Source of the DNA: Octopus sinensis
Taxonomy: Eukaryota
DNA: 64,000 nucleotides
Assembly (NCBI RefSeq): GCF_006345805.1
Contig: NC_042997.1
Location: 136,152,001 to 136,216,000 of the forward strand
Direction of reading: 5' to 3'
Position 1 is the stretch's first letter; each line of letters begins with the position of its first letter. Of the stretch, positions 1 through 13,444 are shown in pieces. The notes below the pieces were generated by a model that saw nothing but the letters and a program-made list of their open reading frames with translations, had not been told where the DNA came from and made no database searches. Position numbers and translations under genes: made by a program.

Positions 1-1062
1 AAAATTGGTAACAAGAAAATAAGTCATCTATTTTATATGGATGACTTAAAACTCTATGACAAAGACGATAATGAGATTGAATGGACTCGATAAATGTACC
101 AAGGTCATTTTCCAGAAAGGGAAATTGAAGACCTCACGTTCAGTGGTATTGTATGATGACACGGTCATAAAAGAGCTCGAGCAGGAACAAACTTACAAAT
201 ATCTCGGAATAAATGCGGGCTCTATCATTCAACATTCAAGTATGAAAGAGGGGACCTATCAAGCCAATGTGATGAAAAATGGTGTAGACCCAAAGTGCCG
301 ATACGGCAACGATGGGATTGAAACAGTGGACCATCTAATCTCTTGATGTTAAGTTTTAGCACCTGCAGAGTATAAATCAAGACATGACTGATTTATATCT
401 AAACTGGATAATGTTTCGGCATTATAAAATCAAAACCGCTGACAAATAGTACAATCACCACCCTGTGGGAGAAAATGTGACTATACTTTGGGACTTCCCA
501 GTATGTAAAGACCGGATCTTCAAGGCATATAAACCAGATATTGTTGTGAAAGTCCAAAGCAATGAAGTTTGTTTATTGATTGGCAAAAGCATACCCTGTG
601 ACCATAATATCTCGGCAAAACAATTTGATAAGATCAGTAAATATAAAGATTTGCTAATCGAAAGGAAGTGACATATGTAGACAGTTATAATACCAGTGAT
701 TGTAGGCGCACTTGGAATGATCAAAAAAGGAACTGAAATTTACGTAAGAATGATCCCTCGCTTACCGTCCATGCAGGAAGTGCAAAAGATTGCCTTAACT
801 TGTATGTCATACGTATTGAGAAGAATATTATCGCTATTAATTTTCTTTCCTTTATTTTCTTTGTTTACGTTTAAATATTTTTAAATTTCCTTTTTCTCTG
901 TGTCTTTCTTTCCCTTTTTCTCTATCACATGACTCTGTAAATGAACAGTCTGATGTGTTCAGTTTAATGGCCTGCCAATCTATACAGTACGTTTCTCTGC
1001 CCTAGGTGTCCGGAAGACACTCGGCAAGAAATGGAATCAGAATTGAAAGACGAGGCAAATGA
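1..1062 (+). mobile_element. Degenerate 3' part of an R4/Dong-like non-LTR retrotransposon (RT, zinc knuckle, restriction-like endonuclease)
   Basis: Translates in pieces to KISHLFYMDDLKLY (RT), GLDKC, YKYLGI, PKCRY..ETVDHLIS (zinc knuckle), YKSRHD, ILWDF..KPDIVV (RLE) and IVGALG. Contains stops, frameshifts and an internal deletion; ends in (GAA)n. Confidence 0.9.
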
Positions 1063-1270
1063 AAGGAAGAAGAAGAAGAAGAAGAAGAAGAAGAAGAAGA
1101 AGAAGAAGAAGAAGAAGAAAGAAGAAGAAGAAGGAGAAGAAGAAGAAGAAGGAGGAGAAGAAGAAGAAGAAGAAGAAGAAGAAGAAGAAGAAGAAGAAGA
1201 AGAAGAAGAAGAAGAAGAAGAAGAAGAAGAAGAAGAAGAAGAAGAAGAAGAAGAAGAAGAAGAAGAAGAA
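1063..1270. repeat. (GAA)n microsatellite
   Basis: Near-perfect GAA run; source of the poly-K/E/R/F ORFs. Confidence 0.98.
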
Positions 1271-1616
1271 ATTGAACGATGTCAACATTACTATATATAT
1301 ATTATTATTTTTTCTATCATTAATTAAAAATAGAACTAGGTGAATTGGTTCTGGTCAAGGTCAGCGCTCTCCTTCATCGCCAGTAATAGTAAACACATTT
1401 AACCTCTGCTGACCTCAAGGGTGTGAGGACTCTTTTGTCTCCTTGTCGCACAAGAACGTCCGTTGTTGACCTCCTCTTCATCTGCCGAATCTATTTTCAG
1501 ACCTGTAGAATTTGTTCTATTAACCAAGCTGCTTTTCTTCCTCCTATTATTCCCTTGAACCCTCACAAATTTAGGATTATCTCAAATACAAGGGAAAAGT
1601 TGAAACTAAACAACAT

Positions 1617-1629
1617 TTAATAATAATTT

Positions 1630-1681
<52 letters not shown>

Positions 1682-1712
1682 CAACAAAAACAATAATAAT
1701 AATAATAATAAT
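1617..1712. repeat. (TAA)n/(CAA)n microsatellite
   Basis: Directly visible. Confidence 0.95.
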
Positions 1713-1809
1713 TTCGCGAAAACTCATGGTCGGATCAAAGGAAATATTAATAATGACAAATAGTAAAAAAAAATGAAAATAATAATATCAGTGATGATAA
1801 TAATGATAA

Positions 1810-4800
1810 TAAAAAGAAGCGGTTAGAATCTCCCCATGTCCTGATTGGTGATATATCTAGTGATGGTGTCACAATAAAAGCACTGATAATTACGCAACCT
1901 GATAATCGCTACCTAATACGAGTGATAATAAAAGCAAAATATTGTGAATAACGTTGGTAATGAAACTGCAGCCCTTGATTGTGACAGTGTTGCACCCGGC
2001 AGGCTCAAAGATACTGGTCCGAATCCAGCCTGTCGTTATCCAGCAAGGGACCAGTGCACACAGCGTAGATGGAACAAACAAATCAATGCTGTGGTCATGG
2101 AGTGTTACTACCTGAGAAATCCTGTAGATGAAAATGGTGTTCATATTAGAGGATACTGACAACATATGTATCATCAATAGAGAGAAAGAACAAATATTAT
2201 GTGATCAAGCTAGAGCAATAAGAAAAAATTCGTTGGTCCACAGAAATCGAGCTCGAAGCTATCAAAAGACGGGTATTGGAAAACAGCAGCAGAGGAAACG
2301 ATGAAAGTACAGTTCTTACTGATAAATGTAACCTCATAGTAGAAAACAAAGGTGGAATCTCTAATAAACCACAGGAAAGAAACAGTGATAGATTACTCGA
2401 TGAGAGATATATAGATGGTTTGGAAGAAGACAATAAAACTAATGGTGACATGACAGATGGGCAAAAGGCAATCTACAACAGAATAAACGAAAGGCTACAG
2501 GAGAACGATAGCAACATTATTTGCAACCTTAAAAAGGTTGGTCGATGGAAATTGAACCAAGAAACGAAAAATGTCAATGAAATTCTGAAATACATCAGAT
2601 GAAACAACATCACAGAAACAAATAATTTGATCCAGGCAACAAGTATTTATTTCTTTATTGCCCACAAGGGGCTAAACATAGAGGGGCAAACAAAGACAGA
2701 CAAAGTGAATAAGTCGATTACACCGACCTCAGTGTGTAACTGGTACTTATTTAATCGACCCCGAAAGGATGAAAGTCAACCTCGGCGGAATTTGAACTCA
2801 GAACGTAACGGCAGACGAAATACGGCCACGCATTTCGCTCGACGTGCTAACGTTTCTGCCAGCTCGCCACCCTGGCAACAAGTATTGTTGTAGCAGAAAA
2901 CGTGGGTGTTGATGTCAAGAAAAGGAAACATAATGGGAGTGACAAAAGAAAAGATCCATAGTGGAAAAGAAGAATCCAGTCAAGGTTAGACATTCTCTCG
3001 AAGGAAATCTCTGTGTTAGACCGAAAAGAGAAAGGAGAGCTCAAAAGCGAACAAAAATACAGGACGCAGAAAAGGAAGTATAATATTGAAAGAAAGGGCC
3101 TGAAAGCAGTAGTGGAGGAACTGAAACGACACCTCGTTGTAAAGGAAGCAAAGCATAAAGGGATACCAGCAGAATAGGTTGTTCAGAGTAGATCAGAAGA
3201 GATTCTACAAAGAAACAAATGGACAGTATACAGATGAAAAGTTGATACCAGCTAATATTGAAAGTCAAAGGTTTGAAAGTGACATCTGCAGCAAAGACAA
3301 GGAGCACACGAAGGCTGCTGAATGATTGCATAAACTAAAACAAACAGTAGTCTGTCTAAAAGAAGCAGAACTATAAATTTCAGTTAGGGAAGTGAAGGAA
3401 ATCAGCAAAAAACGTGCAACCAGAAGGTCCCGGGACTAGATGGAGTTAAAGGCTACTGGCTCAAAAGATTTGCTGAATGTCATGCACGAATGTCATGCAC
3501 AACTCAACACCTTGTTAAATACCGACCAAGTAACATCAGAGTGGTTGACAATGGGCAGGACAGTGCTCTGCTTGAAAAACATCGAAAGAGGGAATACGGT
3601 AAACAATTATAGGCCGACATCATGCTTACCACTTATGTGGAAATTATTGACTGCAATAGTCACAGAGTCAATGTATAGACATCTGGGAAAAATGGACCCT
3701 GCCACATGAGCAGAAGGTTTGCAAGCGTGAGTGCAGAGGTATGAAGGATGAACTCCTGATAAACAAAACTGTACTTAGAGACTGCAAGATGAGGAAAACT
3801 AACTTAGTCATGTCATGGATCGACTATCGTGAGGCGTACGATATGATTCCACATTCTTAGATTATGGAGTGTATGAACGTATTTGGTATTGCATCGAATG
3901 TTGCGCGATCGCTTGGAGGACGGAAGTGACAGCATATGGAATAAGTTTAGGGACCATACAAATCAGAATAGACATCTTCAAAGGAGGCTGCTTGTCGGCA
4001 CTGATCTTTGTACTGTGCTTGATACCACTAACACTAATTCTGAGAAAGCAGAAGATGGGTAATGTATTCAAAAGCCGCCAACAAATAGTCAACCACTTGT
4101 TATTCATGTATGACCTCAAACTTTATTGTAATATGAATCCCACACCAATTTCCTCGTTGATATGGTGTATACCTTCAGTGCTGATATCAGAATGGAGTTC
4201 GGACTGAAAACATGTGGTGTGTTAAGTCTTGGAGAGAAACAAAATCAAATGTATGGACGTGTTAGCGATACTGTCGGGGAGGTTATGAAGCAAATACAAG
4301 AGACGGGCTATAAGTACTTGAGGATATTCGAAATGGAGGAAGAGGACTGATTGGATTGGAGCACAGCATTAGAGCAGAAGAAAACAATATAGCATAGTAT
4401 GTAAAAAATGCCACACAACCGCTATTATTAGAAGTAAGACAGTCGGGCTTGTGTAGGAACAAAGATTGCAAAGTTAAAACACTATACGAGAAATTGAGAA
4501 CGAATGAAACTATGATAAGGAAAAGAATGCATGGTCAATTTCATAGGGATGTTGAAGATAAGACAGAAACAGAAAAAATATGCTATGGATGACTAAAAGT
4601 GATTTAAAACCGGAAACGGAGATTCCAATCTGTGCTGCTCAAGAGCAAGAACTAAGAACAAACTACATAAAATACAGAATAGACAAAACAGCAGAAAGTG
4701 ATAACTGCAAAATCTGTGAACAAAACGGTGAAACTGTGTAGCATATTACCAGCCAATGTACGCCACCAGTCCAGAAGGAATATAAGAGACGCCACGACAA

Positions 4801-5352
4801 TATAGCCAGGCTTGTCCATTGGGCACTTTGCAACAAGTATGGACTTGACGGATCAAAATATTGGTACGACCACAAACCTGAAGGCATTGTCGAAAATGGA
4901 AATGCAAAGATCCTATGGAATTTTATGATTCAGTGCAACCATGAGATAAAGAATAGGAAGCTGGACATGTCTTAATTGAGAACGAAAACAAACTATGCTG
5001 GATCATAGATATAGCATGCCCAGCTGACAACAGGGTATGCGATAAGGAAGAAAGAAAAGTCGAGAGATATAACAGGTTAGCTCCGGAAGTTAATCAGTTG
5101 TGGTCGATGAAAAAGGTAGCAGTAGTACCAATAATTGTCGGAGCCCTGGGAACAGTGAGCAAAAATCTCGAGAAGTACGTGGAATAAATAGGGGCTGCAA
5201 TAAGGGTGAAGCACTTGCAGAAAACAGAACTGCTTGAAACCGCTCGAATACTCCGGAAGATGCTCGAAAAATAAAAGGTGTTACCTTAGTTCACTGGTAG
5301 TGAACAGCTGACACTGTAATACATCTCCAGCGTTAGAAACTGTGCAAAGGCA
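1810..5352 (+). mobile_element. Near full-length, inactivated R4/Dong-like non-LTR retrotransposon
   Basis: N-terminal RRWNKQINAVVMECYY..RGY; RT motifs [56 protein letters not shown]; CAAQEQ, CKIC..ETV.HITSQC, RRHD, ILWNF, IIDIACP, IVGALG. Many stops. Flanked by TAA-rich and (CAA)n repeats. Confidence 0.93.
2648..2873 (-). mobile_element. tRNA-derived SINE (family A) inserted into the Dong element
   Basis: Minus strand has an A box (TGGCAGAAACG) and a B box (GAGTTCAAATTCC). 13-bp TSD GGCAACAAGTATT at 2635-2647 and 2874-2886. Confidence 0.92.
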
Positions 5353-5404
5353 ATAACAACAACAACAACAACAATAACAACAGCAACAACAACAACAACA
5401 ACAA
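5353..5404. repeat. (CAA)n/(TAA)n microsatellite
   Basis: Directly visible at the 3' end of the Dong element. Confidence 0.95.
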
Positions 5405-5900
5405 GGAGCTAGAAAAGAACTACTTAATTGCAAAGGAAAGTAGAAAATTTGCCACAGAAAATGCGGGATATTTTCAACAGGTCAATAGGAAGATCTGACA
5501 GCCAGCACACTTCACCAAGTACATAGCACAAAAGCAAGGCCTAAAAGAAAACAAAAAAATATATGCGGACAGTAAGAACTCTGAAATAAAGATATTGATG
5601 GAAATCAGAGAATAATCTATCAGTGACTGAACATTTCTGGACTAAAAGCAGAGAAGGGGGATTATATCAGCAGCACAAGATTTGTATTTCTTTATCAGAA
5701 ACTATCGAGTGAATGTATTGAAAATTGGCGTACATCTAAACTGCAGGTTCTTCGATCACTAGTTCTGCAGTACTGACACACCATGATAAAAAGGCATAAC
5801 GGAAGACACACTCAAACTTTATGAAACTAAAACAATGATCAACTGGTATGAACTCTAGTCATAGGAGAAAATGTACACTGTATTGTCTGTATTGTTATTC
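5405..5900 (+). mobile_element. Old R4/Dong-like fragment
   Basis: LKAE..IISAAQD...RNYRVNVLKIGVHLNCRF parallels YQANVMKNGVDPKCRY in the element at 1-1062. Confidence 0.6.
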
Positions 5901-8141
5901 GATAGAATATCCATCAATTTCTGCTTGATTATTTGAACATCAGACAACACATTCCAGAATGGATGGTCATTGTCAAACAGATCGATCTGTCTTATCGTAA
6001 TTTCTGTACAGCTGGTCACAACACAAAAGGTTTCTACAATGAAACGAACTGGTTCTCCTGTGCGTACCTATCCAGCCTACTTGAACATCTGTCATAGTAT
6101 CGACATGAAATTCTGTTCCTGCCCTATGATGGTGTGCACTAACGCTTTGAATGATATTATTTTTGTTCATTTTTCTGTGCTTTTTTCTGTGCGGGATTGT
6201 TGCATCTTAGAAGGGTTGTTTTATTGTCTTTCTAGCAGTGGTTGATTTTAAGTCCATTTTATTTTTGCTAGGACCAGTGTGCGTGGTTCAACTGGATTTT
6301 TTGCAGAACACTATTCTAGCATGATATCACATTTCAGCGTTTGTTGCGAGAATAACTTGCAATGTTAATAATTCTCTGGATTCATCCTAATTTTATAGAG
6401 TAGAAATAGAATGAAATGAACAACAAAAATAAGCAGCTTAAAATGGAACCCTGCAACTTAGTGCTAAACATTGTTCTTTTTTCGGAAGCCTGACATTACA
6501 TCCATATTTAGTATTTGTAGGAAGTATATCATGCTCTGTTACATAATTCTTTCAAATAATAAAATATGAAGGAAATTAACAATAAATAATCAGCTTACCA
6601 GAACACCCTACTAGGACACCCTGCGACTTAAGAACTGCTCATTCATAATTTATCCTAAGGACAATTTCTAGCCACAGCAGATTAATAATTATGCTAAAGA
6701 TAATCGAAAGATCTCAAAAATTAACATATTGAGACATTGCTCAGTATAGTCGTACACAAGATGGGCACAAACATACAGTCGCACAAATACATTCATATAC
6801 ATTCATGCATTAATGCTATCTAGTATGTAAACAACCTATTATAAGTGAAAAACTTCACATATCAACTGAAATACTGATTTCTAAATTTCATTAGATTAAA
6901 TAGACTTCAGTCTTTCATTGGTACATTTATATGTCGGTCTACACACCGTGTGAATTTGAATTTAAGAACTAAAATAGGATAACTATATAACAATTATTTA
7001 ACAATAATTTATTGATATAAATAATCAGGAGTGGTACCAACCTTCCTTCTTTCTTAAAGCTTCGTAAAATATTTCATAATCAATCAGAATACATTGATAT
7101 TACATTTGATTATTTTTATTGCTGCTAAATATTCTAAATTGTCATAAAGTAACATGATATTCAAGGATTTACTGTCCTACAGCACTTAGATAAATGCAGA
7201 TCTCCATTTAAAGGTAAATGACAACATATATATGTATATGAGGTGATCAAATAAAAAATTCAAGCCGTTCGAACGTTATGCCTTTCCTCGAAACTATGGA
7301 TTTAAACCTCTTTATACACTACTTGCTCTCTTTTAGGCCGATCACTATTCACGCGAAGTCAATTTGTTATTTAGTTCCGTTCTTCTAGAATAAACTTTTT
7401 CAGCATTATGAAATGAAACTTAAATTTTGCCATGTTTAACAAACTCACTATATAAACTTTGACGATCAGTATGTCCTTGAGGATGATTGACATATGAGAA
7501 AATGTACAAACTATAAAATCCATTCATTTCCCTTCTCAAAATTTCCATTTCAATTCTAACCAGCATTCAGTTCTATCTAGCATTCTGTATCAGACAGTAT
7601 CAGACAAACCATCGCCTTGGAGGCAATGAGTTTGTTCCTTTTTTTTATTTCAAAATATCCCATTAACAAAGTGTATTCTAAGCAATGTTATTGGTATCAA
7701 AGCATTTAATTATTCACGGTATTGTAATCAGAAACGGATTAGAGAGTCACGCTGAGATATTTTATTCTTCCAGTTTATTATATTTTTTGTCTAAAGATAA
7801 CTGTCAGACAAGACATAAAACGAAAAAAATTTAATCCATGGTTTTGATGCATTAAACTGTTCTTCTTTTATGTTTAGCTATAGTTAGGATTATTTTAATT
7901 TATTTTTCTTCGTTTTCTATTTGGTTAAAGTTAAATATTAACATTTAATACTTTGAAGAATATGATGAATTTTTATATTTGGAAACTATTCTCAATGTTA
8001 TGCCGCAAGGAAAATATCGAAAAATATTCCAGAATGGAATGAAACTTGTTATGTGCATATGTATTTTTGTACATATGTGTGTGTGTGTACTTACCCACAC
8101 ACATATGTATAAACATTACATATGTATGAGTATGTGAATAC

Positions 8142-8177
<36 letters not shown>

Positions 8178-8261
8178 CTACACACGCCTTCATATATATG
8201 TGAGTGAGAATCATCGTTGCATCTATATAAGAATCTATAGTGCTTTGTATGAGGAGAAATA

Positions 8262-8470
8262 CTGATTTCAAATTTTGACACACGGCCAGCAATTTCGGGT
8301 GAAGGATAAGTCGATCACATCCACCTCAGTTTTCAACTGGTATTTATTTAATCAACCTCTAAAGAATGAAAGGCAAAGTCGACCTCAGCGAAATTTGAAT
8401 TCAAAACGTGAAAACAGACAAAATGCAGTCAAGCATTTTGCGCGGTGTGCTAACGATTCTGCCAGCTGAC
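8262..8470 (-). mobile_element. SINE family A, diverged copy with alternative tail
   Basis: Matches the head and core of 2648-2873. Confidence 0.8.
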
Positions 8471-8635
8471 CACCTTACATGTAAGATGATAAATATTACA
8501 AATGTTCGTTATCAGGATAATAGATCCTCTCGACTAGAAGAAACGCACGCTCATACTCGCATAGACTCAAGTACATGCACACACACACACACCCATACGT
8601 ATACAAATAAATGCAAATTGGCGTTCTAAATATAT

Positions 8636-9393
8636 ATTACTTTATTTCCCACAGGGGGCTAAACATAAAGGAAACAAACAAGGATTAAGTCGATTTCATC
8701 GCCCTCAGTGCGTAACTGGTACATATTTAATCGACCCCGAAAGAATGAAAGGCAATTCTAACTCAAACGAAATACCTATTTCTTTACTACCCACAAGGGC
8801 CTAAACACAGAAGGGACAAACAAGGACAGACAAACGGATTAAGTCGATTATATCGACCCAGTGTGTAACTGGTACTTATTTAATCGACCCCGAAAGGATG
8901 AAGAGCAAAGTCGACCTCGGCGGAATTTGAACTCAGAACGTAGCGGTAGACGAAATACCTATTTCTATTTCTTTACTACCCACAAGGGCCTAAACACAGA
9001 AGGGACAAACAAGGACAGACAAACGGATTAAGTCGATTATATCGACCCCAGTGTGTAACTGGTACTTATTTAATCGACCCCGAAAGGATGAAAGGCAAAG
9101 TCGACCTCGGCAGAATTTGAACTCAGAACGTAGCGGTAGACGAAATACCTATTTCTATTTCTTTACTACCCACAAGAGGCTAAACACAGAGAGGACAAAC
9201 AAGGACAGACAAACGGATTAAGTCGATTACATTGACCCCAGTGTGTAACTGGTACTTATTTAATCAACCCCGAAAGGATGAAAGGCAAAGTCGATCTTGA
9301 CGGAATTTGAACTCAGAACGTAACTGCGATAGACGAAATACTGCTAAGCATTTCGCCCAGCGTGCTACCGCTTCTGCCAGCTCGCCGCCCTAT
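8636..9393 (-). mobile_element. Head-to-tail array of four SINE family A units inside one TSD
   Basis: Units of about 183-190 bp; only the 9390 end has the full tRNA head. 18-bp TSD TTGGCGTTCTAAATATAT at 8618-8635 and 9394-9411. Confidence 0.92.
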
Positions 9394-9559
9394 TTGGCGT
9401 TCTAAATATATGAAAGAAAAACATTTTATTTTATTTTTTTTTTAATATGAAAGCCAGTGTCTGACGAACATCTCTATTGAGTACCGTTCGACAAGAGATA
9501 GGCCCCGGAGAGCAGTAGCTAGTTTCGATCCTCACTTCAAACCAAAACATTAGCTTTCT

Positions 9560-9855
9560 CATTTACAGCTAACCTAATAGCAAACTTACCTCAAACTATT
9601 TAATTTCCAATTGTTTTATTTTTCTTAATTTGCTTCTAATATTTAAGTACATTGTTGATTTCGCAATAGCGCTACAGAAATTTCTGAGGGATTGTATAGA
9701 GACATATTTATACAATAGTCTATCATAAAGTTCTTTCTTATTCACGTAAATACTTTGCTTTTTATTAACAATTTTGTGTTTCTTTACAAAACTAGCTTCA
9801 TATATCGATTTTTTAAATTTCAAGTCTTCTTGCTTCACTTTCCAATACCTTTATA

Positions 9856-9912
<57 letters not shown>

Positions 9913-10130
9913 AGTACACTATATTTTTTTATATATGCCAGTATATCTCTTCTGTATAAATCCATTTTAAATACCACTATAAATACAGTATTTCACATCT
10001 TAAGTATAGTTATAATGTTGGTATGTTGTACTGACTTCCTGATTCCGTTTATTCATTTCAATTAAATTCTTTCCGTTTTTATGTCTACCTTTCTAAAGAG
10101 ATTATTGATAAGAGTAAAGCAAATATCCAT
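9560..10130 (-). mobile_element. Possible highly decayed Penelope-like GIY-YIG tail, split by (TA)n
   Basis: Weak remnants CIYSG....KRYTG, YWKVKQED and YLNIRSKL resemble PLE endonuclease C-termini. Confidence 0.3.
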
Positions 10131-11970
10131 GTCCTTTCTTAAGGTCGCCGATACTGGTGAGAGAAAATGGAAGAAGCCGATTCATGGGTTACTGTATAGG
10201 GAAGCAATCATTCAAGATATCGAGATATTCTAGGACCGGGTACCTCCCTCTGCTACTTGTAACACAGTGGACACCGCTTAACTGCACACTGCAAATGGTG
10301 GTGTTAAACCGGCTAAAAGATTAGCCCTAACATATTAAATTGAGAAATAGCTTCTCAGATTTCCTATTGATTGCTCTCTCGATGTCACTTCAGAACAATT
10401 TAATGTTATATATATCAGCGTTCATTATATTTTCTTGCCGTCAGTTACTTCTAAAGAAGATGTTTCTTTTATTTTTACCTCTTAACTCATTCTTGAGTGC
10501 AATTAACTTCTGTTCAAGTTTTCTCGACTGTCTGTTTTCGAATGTCGCTATCGTTTTGTTTCAAAATAATATTTTCCCACGGGCAAAATTATATTGTTTT
10601 CACACTTAATTGTTGTCCTTATTTAACCAATATTTTTCCATTGAATAAAATTTTATTTTTTTCAGTCTTAAATATATGGGATGGTTTTCTTGTGTAGCTT
10701 TAAAACTGTCTCTCCCTTCTATACATTCAGCGTATGATTTAGTCGTCATTGCAGTAGAGTATTATATAACATAATTTATTTCTGACAAAGCTATTTTGCT
10801 GGTTTGCGTGTATGCTAAGCATTTACTGTCAATCACAGTCAACGTTAGCATTACATGTCTCTTTTCAGCAGAGGTTAGATAAGTTCATTTTCATACAAAT
10901 AGTTTTAGAACAAAACATTTTGATGGAACTTTTTTTCGAAACTATGATAACTGTCATAGTCGCATCGTCGTTCGAACACAGTTATCTCTACAGTTGAATG
11001 CTAAAATTATTTATCGTGTATTTGATATATATAAATATACATCAAATACACGTTAATTTGATGTCATAAATATTACTTAGACTAATTGGGAAGATTAGAG
11101 GATTTATGATCAGCAAATTGTCATAAATTCATGATGAATTTATGACAATACAAGAAAGAATTCAGAAGAATCTAAAATGCAATGGACCAATTAATGATCG
11201 TTCTTGATATTCAATTATGTGCTGTCAAACGAAAAAAGATAAAATTAGTTCCTAAACAATCTTTACAACTATACTGAGTGTATTTGTGAGTTTCATTTGT
11301 TGAGATTCCATCTTATATTGTATGCTGGGACTAAAATTATTGTATTGCGGTTGACTAATTTTAGCCATTGAAAATACAGTACTTTATCACATTCATTTTT
11401 ATTTCTTAATGATTTTGTTACATATCTATTATTGAAAACTTATGTAGTTACAGATCAGTGTTTTATCATACGTCTTCGACCTGGGTTTGAATATTCTATT
11501 TCACTTTATCTCTAATTATACCTCTGTTTATATATATTGATAATGGATTACGTTATAAGCTGTGTAATTAACGTTTATTAGTCTACTCAGTGACAACTTC
11601 AAGATTGTTAAGTAGATTAAAATTAGATCGAAATATGTTGGTGTTGTGAATGGAAACGATTGTTGTAAGCAACTGAAACCAAGTAGCTGGTGTTTAAGAA
11701 CAGACTGTAGTAGTTTTATGTTAGTTAATTAAACGAGAAGAGGTGCTGGAGTTCCTACATTGATTTGCATATTATTTGCGTTATTAAAACTTATCAAAGA
11801 ATTATTGTTGATGATCAACTGCCTGCAACCAAATTAGAAACGGGGGCTGGTTCCTAAATCACGAATAAAAGCTACCGTACAAGACTGAAAGAATTTAATA
11901 TTAATGTAATTAGTTAAAATTTTGCTGGTATTTCGAGGACTTTCAAAATGTTAAGTCTTATGCTGATTTG

Positions 11971-12370
11971 CGAAGAAGAAGGAGGGAGGGTGAAGAGGAG
12001 GGAGCGGAGAAGAAGAGAAGAAGAAGAAGAAGAAGAAGAAGGAGGAGGAGGAGGAGGAGGAGAAGAAGGAGAAGAAGAAGAAGAAGAAGAAGAAGAAGGA
12101 GAAGGAGGAGGAGGAGGGGAGAAGAAGAAGAAGAAGAAGAAGAGGAGGAGGAGGGGAGGGGAGAAGAAGAAGAAGAAAAAGAAGAAGAAGAAGAAGGAGG
12201 GGGAGGGGAGGGGGAAAAGAAGAAGAAGAAAAGAAGAAAAGAAGAAGAAGAAGAAGAAGGAGGAGGAGGGGAGGGGGAAAAGAAGAAGAAGAAAAAAGAA
12301 GAAGAAGAAGAAGAAGAAGAAGAAGAAGAAGAAGGAGGAGGAGGGGAGGAGGAAAGAAGAAGAAGAAGAA

Positions 12371-12416
<46 letters not shown>

Positions 12417-12417
12417 T
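11971..12417. repeat. Compound polypurine (GAA/GGA)n tract
   Basis: About 450 bp almost purely A/G with internal higher-order repeats. Confidence 0.97.
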
Positions 12418-13080
12418 GACGGTGGTGGCGGCAGATGAAAGGATAGGAGATTGTGGGCAAACCGTTGCGATCTAATTCATTTTGTCAATTACAAAGCTGT
12501 CCACTTCTCAAAACGTTGTGTCCATTCGTGCGGAAGCAGTCTTGTTACTTTCTACATTTGTAAAACCAAACTATTTCAGTAAAGAAAGAAAACATGACCC
12601 ACAATGTTTTTGATATTATCAGGCCACAAGATACTACACCTTGAATGTTGCTATTGGCTGTAACATGACCAATAATCACGTGCTGTATACATGAGGTTAA
12701 ATTGAAAGGTCATCTCAGAAATGGAAAAACATCTAGAGATTTATAAATAAATAAAATATAATTTTCAGATACTTGAGAAATAAAATCAATAAAAATGAAG
12801 CCAGATAAAATCATTTGAACTTATTAAAATTATCAGAATGCAAACAGAAATTTAATAAAAATGTCTGTGCATATACTCAAATCGACGTATGCATAAGTAT
12901 ATGTATAAAATATACATACATACATGCAGTGTAAAGTACTTTTATATCGCGATATGTAGTTAAAATTACAATGGTGTACTTACCAGCGATTTCGATTGCT
13001 GAAGAGGAAGTGCAGGGCAGTGATGGGGGAACTGCAAATCCGTCATCATAATTTATTACTTTTTCTTAGTTCTCCCTATA

Positions 13081-13174
13081 ATGTGTGCGTGTGTACGCTC
13101 GCGTGCGAGTGTGTGTGTGTATGAAGAGTGTGTCTATGTCTCTGTGTGTGATGAGAGTGTGTGTGTGTGAGTGT

Positions 13175-13245
<71 letters not shown>
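13081..13245. repeat. (GT)n microsatellite
   Basis: Directly visible. Confidence 0.95.
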
Positions 13246-13246
<1 letters not shown>

Positions 13247-13444
13247 CCACAAAATAACATTATTTTGGAATAAAACAAAATCGATTCTGTTGGAAGCTGT
13301 GAATTATGAATATCAGTTGAAATGTATAAACATCAAATACATAAGATGGAAAAACATTTCTTATTTGTAAAGGCTTCTTCAATTTCGTCTTAAAGTCTCA
13401 AGTTGAAACTAAAACTTTTGAACTATTTATGAGTTCGGGAAAAT

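Noticed and set aside
1031-1343. ORFs rich in poly-K/E/R/F (also 11948-12475)
   Set aside because: Translations of GAA/GGA microsatellites, open in several frames.
8636-9393. CRISPR-like repeat array
   Set aside because: Units are contiguous SINE copies of about 190 bp with no unique spacers, in eukaryotic DNA with no cas genes.
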